NCBI GenBank assembly: GCA_964016885.1
Contig: CAXHJY010001222.1
Coordinates: 1-64,000 of the forward strand
Direction: 5' to 3'
Length of the DNA: 64,000 bases
Source: Eledone cirrhosa
Lineage: Eukaryota
Shown here: positions 49,077-61,454 of the stretch, one piece after another
Layout of the letters: the number at the start of each line of letters is the position of its first letter
Position numbering within the stretch: the stretch's first letter is position 1
Notes under the pieces: model-generated
The model's input: only the letters and a program-made list of their open reading frames with translations
Told to the model about the DNA's origin: nothing
The model's database searches: none
Program-made: the position numbers and the translations under genes

Positions 49077-52000
49077 TAGTGGTAGTGTTGGTAAAGCCGT
49101 TGTTGTTGTTGGTGGTGGTGGTGGTGTTGGTTGTAGTGGTAGTGTTGGTAATGCTGTTGTTGTTGGTGGTGGTGTTGGTTGTAGTGGTAGTGTTGGTAAT
49201 GCCGTTGTTGTTGGTGTTGGTGTTGGTGTTGGTTGTAGTGGTAGTATTTGTAATGCCGTTGTTGGTGTTGGTGGTGGTGTTGGTTGTAGTGGTAGTGTTG
49301 GTAATGCCGTTGTTGGTGGTGGTGTTGGTGTTGGTTGTAGTGGTAGTGTTGGTAATGCCGGTGTTGGTGGTGGTGGTGGTGTTGGTTGTAGTGGTAGTGT
49401 TGGTAATGCCTTTGTTCTTGGTGGTGGTGGTTGTAGTAGTAGTGTTGATAATGCCGTTGTTGTTGTTGGTGTTGGTGTTGGTGTTGGTGTTGGTTGTAGT
49501 GGTAGTGTTGGTAATGCCGTTGTTGTTGGTGTTGGTGTTGGTGTTGGTTGTAGTGGTAGTATTGGTAATGCCGTTGTTGGTGTTGGTGGTGGTGTTGGTT
49601 GTAGTGGTGGTGTTGGTGTTGGTTGTAGTGGTAGTGTTGGTAATGCTGTTGTTGTTGTTGGTGGTAGTGTTGGTGTTGGTTGTAGTGGTAGTGTTGGTAA
49701 TGCTGTTGTTGGTGTTGGTGTTGGTGTTGGTTGTAGTGGTAGTATTGGTAATGCCGTTGTTGGTGTTGGTGGTGGTGTTGGTTGTAGTGGTAGTGTTGGT
49801 AATGCCGTTGTTGTTGGTGGTGTTGATGTTGGTTGTAGTGGTAGTGTTGGTAATGCCGTTGTTGGTGGTAGTGGTGTTGGTGTTGGTGTTGGTTGTAGTG
49901 GTAGTGTTGGTAATGCCGTTGTTGTTGGTGGTGTTGGTGTTGATGTTGGTTGTAGTGGTAGTGTTGGTAATGCCGTTGTTGGGGGTGGTGTTGGTGTTGG
50001 TTGTAGTGGTAGTGTTGGTAATGCCGTTGTTGGTGGTGGTGTTGGTGTTGGTTGTAGTGGTAGTGTTGGTAATGCCGTTGCTGTTGTTGGTGGTGGTGTT
50101 GGTTGTAGTGGTAGTGTTGTTAATGCCGTTGTTGGTGTTGGTTGTAGTGGTAGTGTTGGTAATGCTGTTGTTGTTGGTGGTGGTGGTGTTGGTGTTGGTT
50201 GTAGTGGTAGTGTTGGTAATGCCGTTGCTGTTGTTGGTGGTGGTGTTGGTTGTAGTGGTAGTGTTGTTAATGCCGTTGTTGGTGTTGGTTGTAGTGGTAG
50301 TGTTGGTAATGCCGTTGTTGGTGTTGGTGGTGGTGTTGGTTGTAGTGGTGGTGTTGGTGTTGGTTGTAGTGGTAGTGTTGGTAATGCTGTTGTTGTTGTT
50401 GGTGGTAGTGTTGGTGTTGGTTGTAGTGGTAGTGTTGGTAATGCTGTTGTTGGTGTTGGTGTTGGTGTTGGTTGTAGTGGTAGTATTGGTAATGCCGTTG
50501 TTGGTGTTGGTGGTGGTGTTGGTTGTAGTGGTAGTGTTGGTAATGCCGTTGTTGTTGGTGGTGTTGATGTTGGTTGTAGTGGTAGTGTTGGTAATGCCGT
50601 TGTTGGTGGTAGTGGTGTTGGTGTTGGTGTTGGTTGTAGTGGTAGTGTTGGTAATGCCGTTGTTGTTGGTGGTGTTGGTGTTGATGTTGGTTGTAGTGGT
50701 AGTGTTGGTAATGCCGTTGTTGGGGGTGGTGTTGGTGTTGGTTGTAGTGGTAGTGTTGGTAATGCCGTTGTTGGTGGTGGTGTTGGTGTTGGTTGTAGTG
50801 GTAGTGTTGGTAATGCCGTTGCTGTTGTTGGTGGTGGTGTTGGTTGTAGTGGTAGTGTTGTTAATGCCGTTGTTGGTGTTGGTTGTAGTGGTAGTGTTGG
50901 TAATGCTGTTGTTGTTGGTGGTGGTGGTGTTGGTGTTGGTTGTAGTGGTAGTGTTGGTAATGCCGTTGCTGTTGTTGGTGGTGGTGTTGGTTGTAGTGGT
51001 AGTGTTGTTAATGCCGTTGTTGGTGTTGGTTGTAGTGGTAGTGTTGGTAATGCCGTTGTTGTTGGTGTTGGTGTTGGTGTCGGTTGTAGTGGTAGTGTTG
51101 GTAATGCCGTTGTTGTTGTTGGTGGTGGTGTTGGTGTTGGTTGTAGTGGTAGTGTTGGTAATGCTGTTGTTGTTGGTGGTGGTGTTGGTGTTGGTTGTAG
51201 TGGTAGTGTTGGTAATGCCGTTGTTGTTGGTGTTGGTGTTGGTTGTAGTGGTAGTATTGGTAATGCCGTTGTTGGTGTTGGTGGTGGTGTTGGTTGTAGT
51301 GGTAGTGTTGGTAATGCCGTTGTTGTTGGTGGTGTTGGTGTTGGTTGTAGTGGTAGTATTGGTAATGCCGTTGTTGTTGGTGGTGTTGTTGTTGGTGTTG
51401 GTTGTAGTGGTAGTGTTGGTAATGCAGTTGTTGGTGGTGGTGTTGATGTTGGTGTTGGTTGTAGTGGTAGTGTTGGTAATGCCGTTGTTGGTGGTGGTGT
51501 TGGTGTTGGTGTTGGTTGTAGTGGTAGTGTTGGTAATGCCGTTGTTGGTGGTGGTGTTGGTGTTGGTTGTAGTGTAAGTGTTGGTAATGCCGTTGTTGTT
51601 GGTGGTGTTGTTGTTGGTGTTGGTTGTAGTGGTAGTGTTGGTAATGCAGTTGTTGGTGGTGGTGTTGATGTTGGTGTTGGTTGTAGTGGTAGTGTTGGTA
51701 ATGCCGTTGTTGGTGGTGGTGTTGGTGTTGGTGTTGGTTGTAGTGGTAGTGTTGGTAATGCCGGTGTTGGTGGTGGTGTTGGTGTTGGTTGTAGTGTAAG
51801 TGTTGGTAATGCCAGTGTTGGTGGTGGTGTTGGTGTTGGTGTTGGTTGTAGTGGTAGTGTTGGTAATGCCGGTGTTGGTGGTGGTGTTGGTGTTGGTGTT
51901 GGTTGTAGTGGTAGTGTTGGTAATGCTAGTGGTGGTGTTGGTGGTGGTGTTGGTTGTAGTGGTAGTGTTGGTAATGCCGTTGTTGTTGTTGTTGGTGGTG

Positions 52001-55000
52001 GTGGTGGTGTTGGTGTTGGTTGTAGTGGTAGTGTTGGTAATGCCGTTGTTGGTGCTGGTGTTGGTGTTGGTTGTAGTGGTAGTGTTGGTAATGCCGGTGT
52101 TGGTGGTGGTGTTGGTGTTGGTTGTAGTGGTAGTATTGGTAATGCCGTTGTTGTTGGTGGTGTTGGTGTTGGTTGTAGTGGTAGTGTTGGTAATGCCGTT
52201 GTTGGTGGTGGTGTTGGTGTTGGTTGTAGCGGTAGTGTTGGTAATGCCGTGTTGCTGTTGTTGTTGGTGTTGGTGTTGGTTGTAGTGGTAGTGTTGGTAA
52301 TGCCGGTGTTGGTGGTGGTGGTGGTGTTGGTTGTAGTGGTAGTGTTGGTAATGCCGTTGTTGTTGGTGGTGGTGGTGTTGGTTGTAGTGGTAGTGTTGGT
52401 AATGCCTTTGTTGGTGGTGGTGGTGGTGTTGGTGTTGGTTGTAGTGGTAGTGTTGGTAATGCCGTTGTTGTTGTTGTTGATGGTGGTGGTGGTTGTAGTG
52501 GTAGTGTTGGTAATGCCGTTGATGGTGTTGGTGGTGGTGTTGGTGTTGGTTGTAGTGGTAGTGTTGGTAATGCCGTTGTTGTTGTTGTTGGTGTTGGTGT
52601 TGGTTGTAGTGGTAGTGTTGGTAATGCCGGTGTTGGTGGTGGTGGTGGTGTTGGTTGTAGCGGTAGTGTTGGTAATGCCGTTGTTGGTGTTGGTGGTGGT
52701 GTTGGTGTTGGTTGTAGTGGTAGTGTTGGTATTGCCGTTGTTGTTGGTGGTGGTGGTGGTGTTGGTGTTGGTTGTAGTGGTAGTGTTGGTAATGCCGCTG
52801 TTGGTGGTGGTGGTGGTGTTGGTGTTGGTTGTAGTGGTAGTGTTGGTAATGCTGTTGTTGTTGGTGGTGGTGGTGTTGGTGTTGGTTGTAGTGGTAGTGT
52901 TGGTATTGCCGTTGTTGTTGGTGGTGGTGGTGGTGTTGGTGTTGGTTGTAGTGGTAGTGTTGGTAATGCTGTTGTTGTTGGTGGTGTTGGTGTTGGTTGT
53001 AGTGGTAGTGTTGGTAATGCCGCTGTTGTTGGTGGTGTTGGTGTTGGTTGTAGTGGTAGTGTTGGTAATGCCGCTGTTGGTGGTGGTGTTGGTGTTGGTT
53101 GTAGTGGTAGTGTTGGTTATGCCGCTGTTGGTGGTGGTGTTGGTGTTGGTTGTAGTGGTAGTGTTGGTAATGCCGTTGTTGTTGTTGTTGGTGTTGGTGT
53201 TGGTGTTGGTTGTAGTGGTAGTGTTGGTAATGCCGCTGTTGGTGTTGGTGGTGGTGTTGGTGTTGGTTGTAGTGGTAGTGTTGGTAATGCCGTTGTTGGT
53301 GGTGGTGTTGGTGTTGGTTGTAGCGGTAGTGTTGGTAATGCCGTTGTTGGTGGTGGTGTTGGTGTTGGTGTTGGTTGTAGTGGTAGTGTTGGTAATGCCG
53401 TTGTTGGTGTTGGTGGTGGTGTTGGTGTTGGTTGTAGTGGTAGTATTGGTAATGCCGTTGTTGGTGTTGGTGGTGTGTTGGTTGTAGTGGTAGTGTTGGT
53501 AATGCCGCTGTTGGTGGTGGTATTGGTGTTGGTTGTAGTGGTAGTGTTGGTAATGCCGTTGTTCTTGGTGGTGGTGGTGGTGGTGGTTGTAGTAGTAGTG
53601 TTGGTAATGCCGTTGTTGTTGTTGGTGTTGGTGTTGTTTGTAGTGGTAGTATTGGTAATGCCGTTGTTTGTGTTTTTGTTGGTGTTGGTTGTAGTGGTAG
53701 TGTTGGTAATGCCGTTGTTGTTGTTGGTGTTGGTGGTGTTGGTGGTGTTGGTTGTAGTGGTAGTGTTGGTAATGCCGTTGTTGGTGGTGGTGTTGGTGTT
53801 GGTGTTGGTTGTAGTGGTAGTGTTGGTAATGCCGTTGTTGTTGTTGGTGTTGGTGGTGTTGGTGGTGTTGGTTGTAGTGGTAGTGTTGGTAATGCCGTTG
53901 TTGTTGTTGTTGGTGGTGTTGGTTGTAGTGGTAGTGTTGGTAATGCCGTTGTTGGTGGTGGTGTTGGTGTTGGTGTTGGTTGTAGTGGTAGTGTTGGTAA
54001 TGCCGTTGTTGTTGTTGGTGTTGGTGGTGTTGGTGGTGTTGGTTGTAGTGGTAGTGTTGGTAATGCCGTTGTTGTTGTTGGTGTTGGTGGTGTTGGTGGT
54101 GTTGGTTGTAGTGGTAGTGTTGGTAATGCCGTTGTTGGTGGTGGTGTTGGTGTTGGTGTTGGTTGTAGTGGTAGTGTTGGTAATGCCGGTGTTGGTGGTG
54201 GTGTTGGTGGTGGTGTTGGTTGTAGTGGTAGTGTTGGTAATGCCGGTGTTGGTGGTGGTGTTGGTGTTTGTTGTAGTGGTAGTGTTGGTAATGCCGTTGT
54301 TGCTGTTGTTGTTGGTGTTGGTGTTGGTTGTAGTGGTAGTGTTGGTAATGCCGGTGTTGGTGGTGGTGGTGGTGTTGGTTGTAGTGGTAGTGTTGGTAAT
54401 GCCGTTGTTGGTGTTGGTGGTGGTGTTGGTGTTGGTTGTAGTGGTAGTGTTGGTAATGCTGTTGTTGTTGGTGGTGGTGGTGTTGGTGTTGGTTGTAGTG
54501 GTAGTGTTGGTAATGCCGTTGTTGGTGGTGGTGTTGGTGTTGGTTGTAGTGGTAGTATTGGTAATGCCGTTGTTGTTGGTGGTGGTGGTGGTGTTGGTTG
54601 TAGTGGTAGTGTTGGTAATGCCGCTGTTAGTGGTGGTGGTGGTGTTGGTTGTAGTGGTTGTGTTGGTAATGCCGTTGTTGGTGTTGGTGGTGTTGGTGTT
54701 GGTGTTTGTTGTAGTGGTAGTGTTGGTAATGCCGTTGTTGGTGGTGGTGTTGGTGTTGGTTGTAGTGGTAGTGTTGGTAATGCCGTTGTTGTTGGTGGTG
54801 GTGGAGGTGGTGTTGGTTGTAGTGGTAGTGTTGGTAATGCCGTTGTTGGTGTTGGTGTTGGCGTTGGTTGTAGTGGTAGTGTTGGTAATGCCGGTGTTGG
54901 TGGTGGTGTTGGTGTTGGTTGTAGTGTTAGTGTTGGTAATGCCGTTGTTGGTGGTGGTGGTTGTGTTGGTGTTGGTTGTAGTGGTAGTGTTGGTAATGCC

Positions 55001-56237
55001 GTTGTTGGTGGTGGTGGTGTTGGTGTTGGTGTTTGTTGTAGTGGTAGTGTTGGTAATGCCGTTGTTGGTGGTGGTGTTGGTGTTGGTTGTAGTGGTAGTG
55101 TTGGTAATGCCGTTGTTGGTGGTGGTGGTGTTTGTTGTAGTGGTAGTGTTGGTAATGCCGTTGTTGGTGGTGGTGGTGTTGGTGGTGTTGGTTGTAGTGG
55201 TAGTGTTGGTAATGCCGTTGTTGGTGGTGGTGGTGTTGGTGTTGGTTGTAGTGGTAGTGTTGGTAATGCCGTTGTTGGTGGTGGTGTTGGTGTTGGTTGT
55301 AGTGGTAGTGTTGGTAATGCCGTTGTTGGTGGTGGTGGTGTTTGTTGTAGTGGTAGTGTTGGTAATGCCGTTGTTGGTGGTGGTGGTGTTGGTGGTGTTG
55401 GTTGTAGTGGTAGTGTTGGTAATGCCGTTGTTGGTGGTGTTGGTGTTGGTGTTGGTTGTAGTGGTAGTGTTGGTAATGCCCTTGTTGGTGGTGGTGGTGT
55501 TGGTGTTGGTTGTAGTGGTAGTGTTGGTAATGCCGTTGTTGGTGGTGGTGTTGGTGTTGGTTGTAGTGGTAGTGTTGGTAATGCCGTTGTTGTTGGTGGT
55601 GGTGGTGTTGGTGTTGGTTGTAGTGGTAGTGTTGGTAATGCCGGTGTTGTTGTTGGTGTTGGTGTTGGTTGTAGTGGTAGTGTTGGTAATGCCGTTGTTG
55701 TTGGTTGTGGTTGTGTTGGTGTTGGTTGTAGTGGTAGTGTTGGTAATGCTGTTGTTGGTGGTGGTGGTGGTGTTGGTTGTAGTGGTAGTGTTGGTAATGC
55801 CGTTGTTGGTGGTGGTGTTGGTGTTGGTTGTAGTGTTAGTGTTGGTAATGCCGTTGTTGTTGTTGTTGTTGGAGGTGGTGTTGGTTGCAGTGGTAGTGTT
55901 GGTAATGCCGTTGTTGTTGGTGGTGTTGGTGTTGGTTGTAGTGTTAGTGTTGGTAATGCCGTTGTTGTTGGTGGTGTTGGTGTTGGTTGTAGTGGTAGTG
56001 TTATTAATGCCGTTGTTGGTGTTGGTGGTGGTGTTGGTGTTGGTGTTGGTTGTAGTGGTAGTGTTGGTAATGCCGTTGTTGGTGGTGGTGTTGGTGTTGG
56101 TTGTAGTGGTAGTGTTGGTAATGCCGTTGTTGTTGTTGGTGGTGGTGTTGGTGTTGGTTGTAGTGGTAGTGTTGGTAATGCCGTTGTTGTTGTTGGTGGT
56201 GGTGTTGGTTGTAGTGGTAGTGTTGGTAATGCCGTTG

Positions 56238-56271
<34 letters not shown>

Positions 56272-57884
56272 TAGTGGTAGTGTTGGTAATGCCGTTGTTG
56301 TTGTTGGTGTTGGTGGTGTTGGTGGTGTTGGTTATAGTGGTAGTGTTGGTAATGCCGTTGTTGGTGGTGGTGTTGGTGTTGGTGTTGGTTGTAATGGTAG
56401 TGTTGGTAATGCCGGTGTTGGTGGTGGTGGTGGTGTTGGTTGTAGTGGTAGTGTTGGTAATGCCGTTGTTGGTGTTGGTGGTGGTGTTGGTGTTGGTTGT
56501 AGTGGTAGTGTTGGTAATGCTGTTGTTGTTGGTGGTGGTGGTGGTGTTGGTTGTAGTGGTTGTGTTGGTAATGCCGTTGTTGGTGTTGGTGGTGGTGTTG
56601 GTGTTGGTTGTAGTGGTAGTGTTGGTAATGCCGTTGTTGGTGGTGTTGGTGTTGGTGTTGGTTGTAGTGGTAGTGTTGGTAATGCCGTTGTTGGTGGTGT
56701 TGGTGTTGGTGTTGGTTGTAGTGGTAGTGTTGGTAATGCCGTTGTTGTTGTTGTTGGTGTTGGTGTTGGTTGTAGTGGTAGTGTTGGTAATGCCGTTGTT
56801 GGTGGTGTTGGTGTTGGTGTTGGTTGTAGTGGTAGTGTTGGTAATGCCGTTGTTGGTGGTGTTGGTGTTGGTTGTAGTGGTAGTGTTGGTAATGCCGTTG
56901 TTGGTGGTGTTGGTGTTGGTGTTGGTTGTAGTGGTAGTGTTGGTAATGCCCTTGTTGGTGGTGGTGGTGTTGGTGTTGGTTGTAGTGGTAGTGTTGGTAA
57001 TGCCGTTGTTGGTGGTGGTGTTGGTGTTGGTTGTAGTGGTAGTGTTGGTAATGCCGTTGTTGTTGGTGGTGGTGGTGTTGGTGTTGGTTGTAGTGGTAGT
57101 GTTGGTAATGCCGTTGTTGGTGGTGGTGTTGGTGTTGGTTGTAGTGGTAGTGTTGGTAATGCCGTTGTTGGTGGTGGTGTTGGTGTTGGTTGTAGTGGTA
57201 GTGTTGGTAATGCCGTTGTTGTTGGTTGTGGTTGTGTTGGTGTTGGTTGTAGTGGTAGTGTTGGTAATGCCGTTGTTGTTGGTGGTGGTGGTGTTGGTTG
57301 TAGTGGTAGTGTTGGTAATGCCGTTGTTGTTGTTGTTGTTGGAGGTGGTGTTGGTTGCAGTGGTAGTGTTGGTAATGCCGTTGTTGGTGGTGGTGTTGGT
57401 GTTGGTTGTAGTGGTAGTGTTGGTAATGCCGTTATTGTTGTTGTTGTTGTTGTTGGTGTTGATGTTGGTTGTAGTGGTAGTGTTGGTAATGCCGTTGTTG
57501 TTGTTGTTGTTGGAGGTGGTGTTGGTTGCAGTGGTAGTGTTGGTAATGCCGTTGTTGGTGGTGGTGTTGGTGTTGGTTGTAGTGGTAGTGTTGGTAATGC
57601 CGTTATTGTTGTTGTTGTTGTTGTTGGTGTTGATGTTGGTTGTAGTGGTAGTGTTGGTAATGCCGTTGTTGTTGTTGTTGTTGGAGGTGGTGTTGGTTGC
57701 AGTGGTAGTGTTGGTAATGCCGTTGTTGGGGGTGGTGTTGGTGTTGGTTGTAGTGGTAGTGTTATTAATGCCGTTGTTGGTGTTGGTGGTGGTGTTGGTG
57801 TTGGTTGTAGTGGTAGTGTTGGTAATGCCGTTGTTGGTGGTGGTGTTGGTGTTGGTTGTAGTGGTAGTGTTGGTAATGCCGTTG

Positions 57885-57918
<34 letters not shown>

Positions 57919-60900
57919 TAGTGGTAGTGTTGGTAATGCCGTTGTTGTTGTTGGTGGTGGTGTTGGTGTTGGTTGTAGTGGTAGTGTTGGTAATGCCGTT
58001 GTTGTTGTTGGTGTTGGTTGTAGTGGTAGTGTTGGTAATGCCGTTGTTGTTGGTTTTGGTGTTGGTGTTGGTTGTAGTGGTAGTATTGGTAATGCCGTTG
58101 TTGGTGTTGGTGGTGTTTTGGTTGTAGTGGTAGTGTTGGTAATGCCGTTGTTGGTGGTGGTGTTGGTGTTGGTTGTAGTAGTAGTGTTGGTAATGCCGTT
58201 GTTTGTGTTGTTGTTGGTGTTGGTTGTAGTGGTAGTGTTGGTAATGCCGTTGTTGTTGTTGGTGGTGGTGTTGGTTGTAGTGGTAGTGTTGGTAATGCCG
58301 TTGTTGTTGTTGGTGGTGGTGTTGGTTGTAGTGGTAGTGTTGGTAATGCCGGTGTTGGTGGTGGTGTTGGTGTTGGTTGTAGTGGTAGTGTTGGTAATGC
58401 CGTTGTTGTTGTTGGTGGTGGTGTTGGTGTTGGTTGTAGTGGTAGTGTTGGTAATGCTGTTGTTGTTGGTGGTGGTGGTGTTGGTAGTGGTGGTTGTAGT
58501 GGTAGTGTTGGTAATGCCGTTGTTGGTGTTGGTGTTGGTGTTGGTTGTAGTGGTAGTATTGGTAATGCCGTTTTGTTGTTGGTGGTGGTGTTGGTGTTGG
58601 TTGTAGTGGTAGTGTTGGTAATGCCGTTGTTGTTGTTGGTGGTGGTGTTGGTGTTGGTTGTAGTGGTAGTGTTGGTAATGCTGTTGTTGTTGGTGGTGGT
58701 GGTGTTGGTAGTGGTGGTTGTAGTGGTAGTGTTGGTAATGCCGTTGTTGGTGTTGGTGTTGGTGTTGGTTGTAGTGGTAGTATTGGTAATGCCGTTTTGT
58801 TGTTGGTGGTGGTGGTGTTGGTGGTAGTGGTAGTGTTGGTAATGCTGTTGTTGTTGTGGTGGTGGTGTTGGTGTTGGTTGTAGTGGTAGTGTTGGTAATG
58901 CCGTTGTTGTTGGTGGTGTTGGTGTTGGTGTTGGTTGTAGTGGTAGTGTTGGTAATGCCGTTGTTGGTGTTGGTGTTGGTGTTGGTGTTGGTTGTAGTGG
59001 TAGTATTGGTAATGCTGTTGTTGGTGTTGGTGTTGGTTGTAGTGGTAGTGTTGGTAATGCCGTTGTTGGTGTTGGTGTTGGTGTTGGTGTTTGTTGTAGT
59101 GGTAGTATTGGTAATGCTGTTGTTGGTGTTGGTGTTGGTTGTAGTGGTAGTGTTGGTAATGCCGTTGTTGGTGGTGGTGGTGTTGTTGGTGTTGGTTGTA
59201 GTGGTAGTATTGGTAATGCCGTTGTTGTTGTTGGTGTTGGTTGTAGTGGTAGTGTTGGTAATGCCGTTGTTGTTGGTGGTGTTGGTGTTGGTTGTAGTGG
59301 TAGTGTTGGTAATGCCGTTGTTGGTGTTGGTGTTGGTGTTGGTTGTAGTGGTAGTATTGGTAATGCCGTTGTTGGTGTTGGTGTTGGTGTTGGTTGTAGT
59401 GGTAGTGTTGGTAAAGCCGTTGTTGGTGGTGGTGGTGGTGTTGATGTTGGTTGTAGTGGTAGTGTTGGTAATGCCGTTGTTGGGGGTGGTGTTGGTGTTG
59501 GTTGTAGTGGCAGTGTTGGTAATGCCGTTGTTGTTGTTGGTGGTGGTGGTGGTTGTAGTGGTAGTGCTGTTAATGCCGTTGTTTGTGGCGGTGGTGGTGT
59601 TGGTTGTAGTGGTACTGTTGGTAATGCCGTTGTTGTTGTTGTTGGTGTTGGTGTTGGTTGTAGTGGTAGTGTTGGTAATGCCGGTGTTGGTGGTGGTGGT
59701 GGTGTTGGTGTTGGTTGTAGTGGTAGTGTTGGTAATGCCGTTGTTGTTGGTGGTGTTGGTGTTGGTTGTAGTGGTAGTGTTGGTAATGCCGTTGTTGGTG
59801 ATGTTGGTGTTGGTGTTGGTTGTAGTGGTAGTGTTGGTAATGCCGTTGTTGTTGGTGGTGTTGGTGTTGGTTGTAGTGGTAGTGTTGGTAATGCCGTTGT
59901 TGGTGTTGGTGTTGGTGTTGGTTGTAGTGGTAGTATTGGTAATGCCGTTGTTGGTGTTGGTGTTGGTGTTGGTTGTAGTGGTAGTGTTGGTAAAGCCGTT
60001 GTTGGTGGTGGTGGTGGTGTTGATGTTGGTTGTAGTGGTAGTGTTGGTAATGCCGTTGTTGGGGGTGGTGTTGGTGTTGGTTGTAGTGGCAGTGTTGGTA
60101 ATGCCGTTGTTGTTGTTGGTGGTGGTGGTGGTTGTAGTGGTAGTGCTGTTAATGCCGTTGTTTGTGGCGGTGGTGGTGTTGGTTGTAGTGGTACTGTTGG
60201 TAATGCCGTTGTTGTTGTTGTTGGTGTTGGTGTTGGTTGTAGTGGTAGTGTTGGTAATGCCGGTGTTGGTGGTGGTGGTGGTGTTGGTGTTGGTTGTAGT
60301 GGTAGTGTTGGTAATGCCGTTGTTGTTGGTGGTGTTGGTGTTGGTTGTAGTGGTAGTGTTGGTAATGCCGTTGTTGGTGATGTTGGTGTTGGTGTTGGTT
60401 GTAGTGGTAGTGTTGGTAATGCCGGTGTTGGTGGTGGTGGTGGTGTTGGTGTTGGTTGTAGTGGTAGTGTTGGTAATGCCGTTGTTGTTGGTGGTGTTGG
60501 TGTTGGTTGTAGTGGTACTGTTGGTAATGCCGTTGTTGGTGATGTTGGTGTTGGTGTTGGTTGTAGTGGTAGTGTTGGTAATGCCGTTGTTGTTGGTGGT
60601 GTTGGTGTTGGTTGTAGTGGTAGTGTTGGTAATGCCGTTGTTGGTGATGTTGGTGTTGGTGTTGGTTGTAGTGGTAGTGTTGGTAATGCCGTTGTTGGTG
60701 GTGGTGGTGGTGTTGGTGTTGGTTTTAGTGTTGGTAATGCCGTTGTTGGTGGTGGTGGTGTTGGTGGTGTTGGTTGTAGTGGTGGTAATGCCGTTGTTGG
60801 TGGTGTTGGTGTTGGTTGTAGTGGTAGTGTTGGTAATGCCGTTGTTGTTGGTGGTGGTGGTGTTGGTGTTGGTTGTAGTGGTAGTGTTGGTAATGCCGTT

Positions 60901-61182
60901 GTTGGTGGTGTTGGTGTTGGTTGTAGTGGTAGTGTTGGTAATGCCGTTGTTGTTGTTGGTGGTGGTGGTGGTTGTAGTGGTAGTGTTGTTAATGCCGTTG
61001 ATGGTGGTGGTGTTGGTGGTGGTGTTGGTGTTGGTTGTAGTGGTAGTGTTGGTAATGCCGTTGTTGGTGGTGGTGTTGGTGTTGGTGTTGGTTGAAGTGG
61101 TAGTGTTGTTAATGCCGTTGATGGTGTTGGTGGTGTTGGTGGTGGTGTTGTTGTTGGTTGTAGTGGCAGTGTTGGTAATGCC

Positions 61183-61214
<32 letters not shown>

Positions 61215-61422
61215 TAGTGGTAGTGTTGTTAATGCCGTTGATGGTGGTGGTGTTGGTGGTGGTGTTGGTGTTGGTTGTAGTGGTAGTGTTGGTAATGCCG
61301 TTGTTGGTGGTGGTGTTGGTGTTGGTGTTGGTTGAAGTGGTAGTGTTGTTAATGCCGTTGATGGTGTTGGTGGTGTTGGTGGTGGTGTTGTTGTTGGTTG
61401 TAGTGGCAGTGTTGGTAATGCC

Positions 61423-61454
<32 letters not shown>

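Noticed and set aside
43352-58827. + strand poly-V/L and G/V/C/S ORFs up to 2741 aa
   Set aside because: Alternative frames of the triplet minisatellite, open only because the repeat lacks stops.
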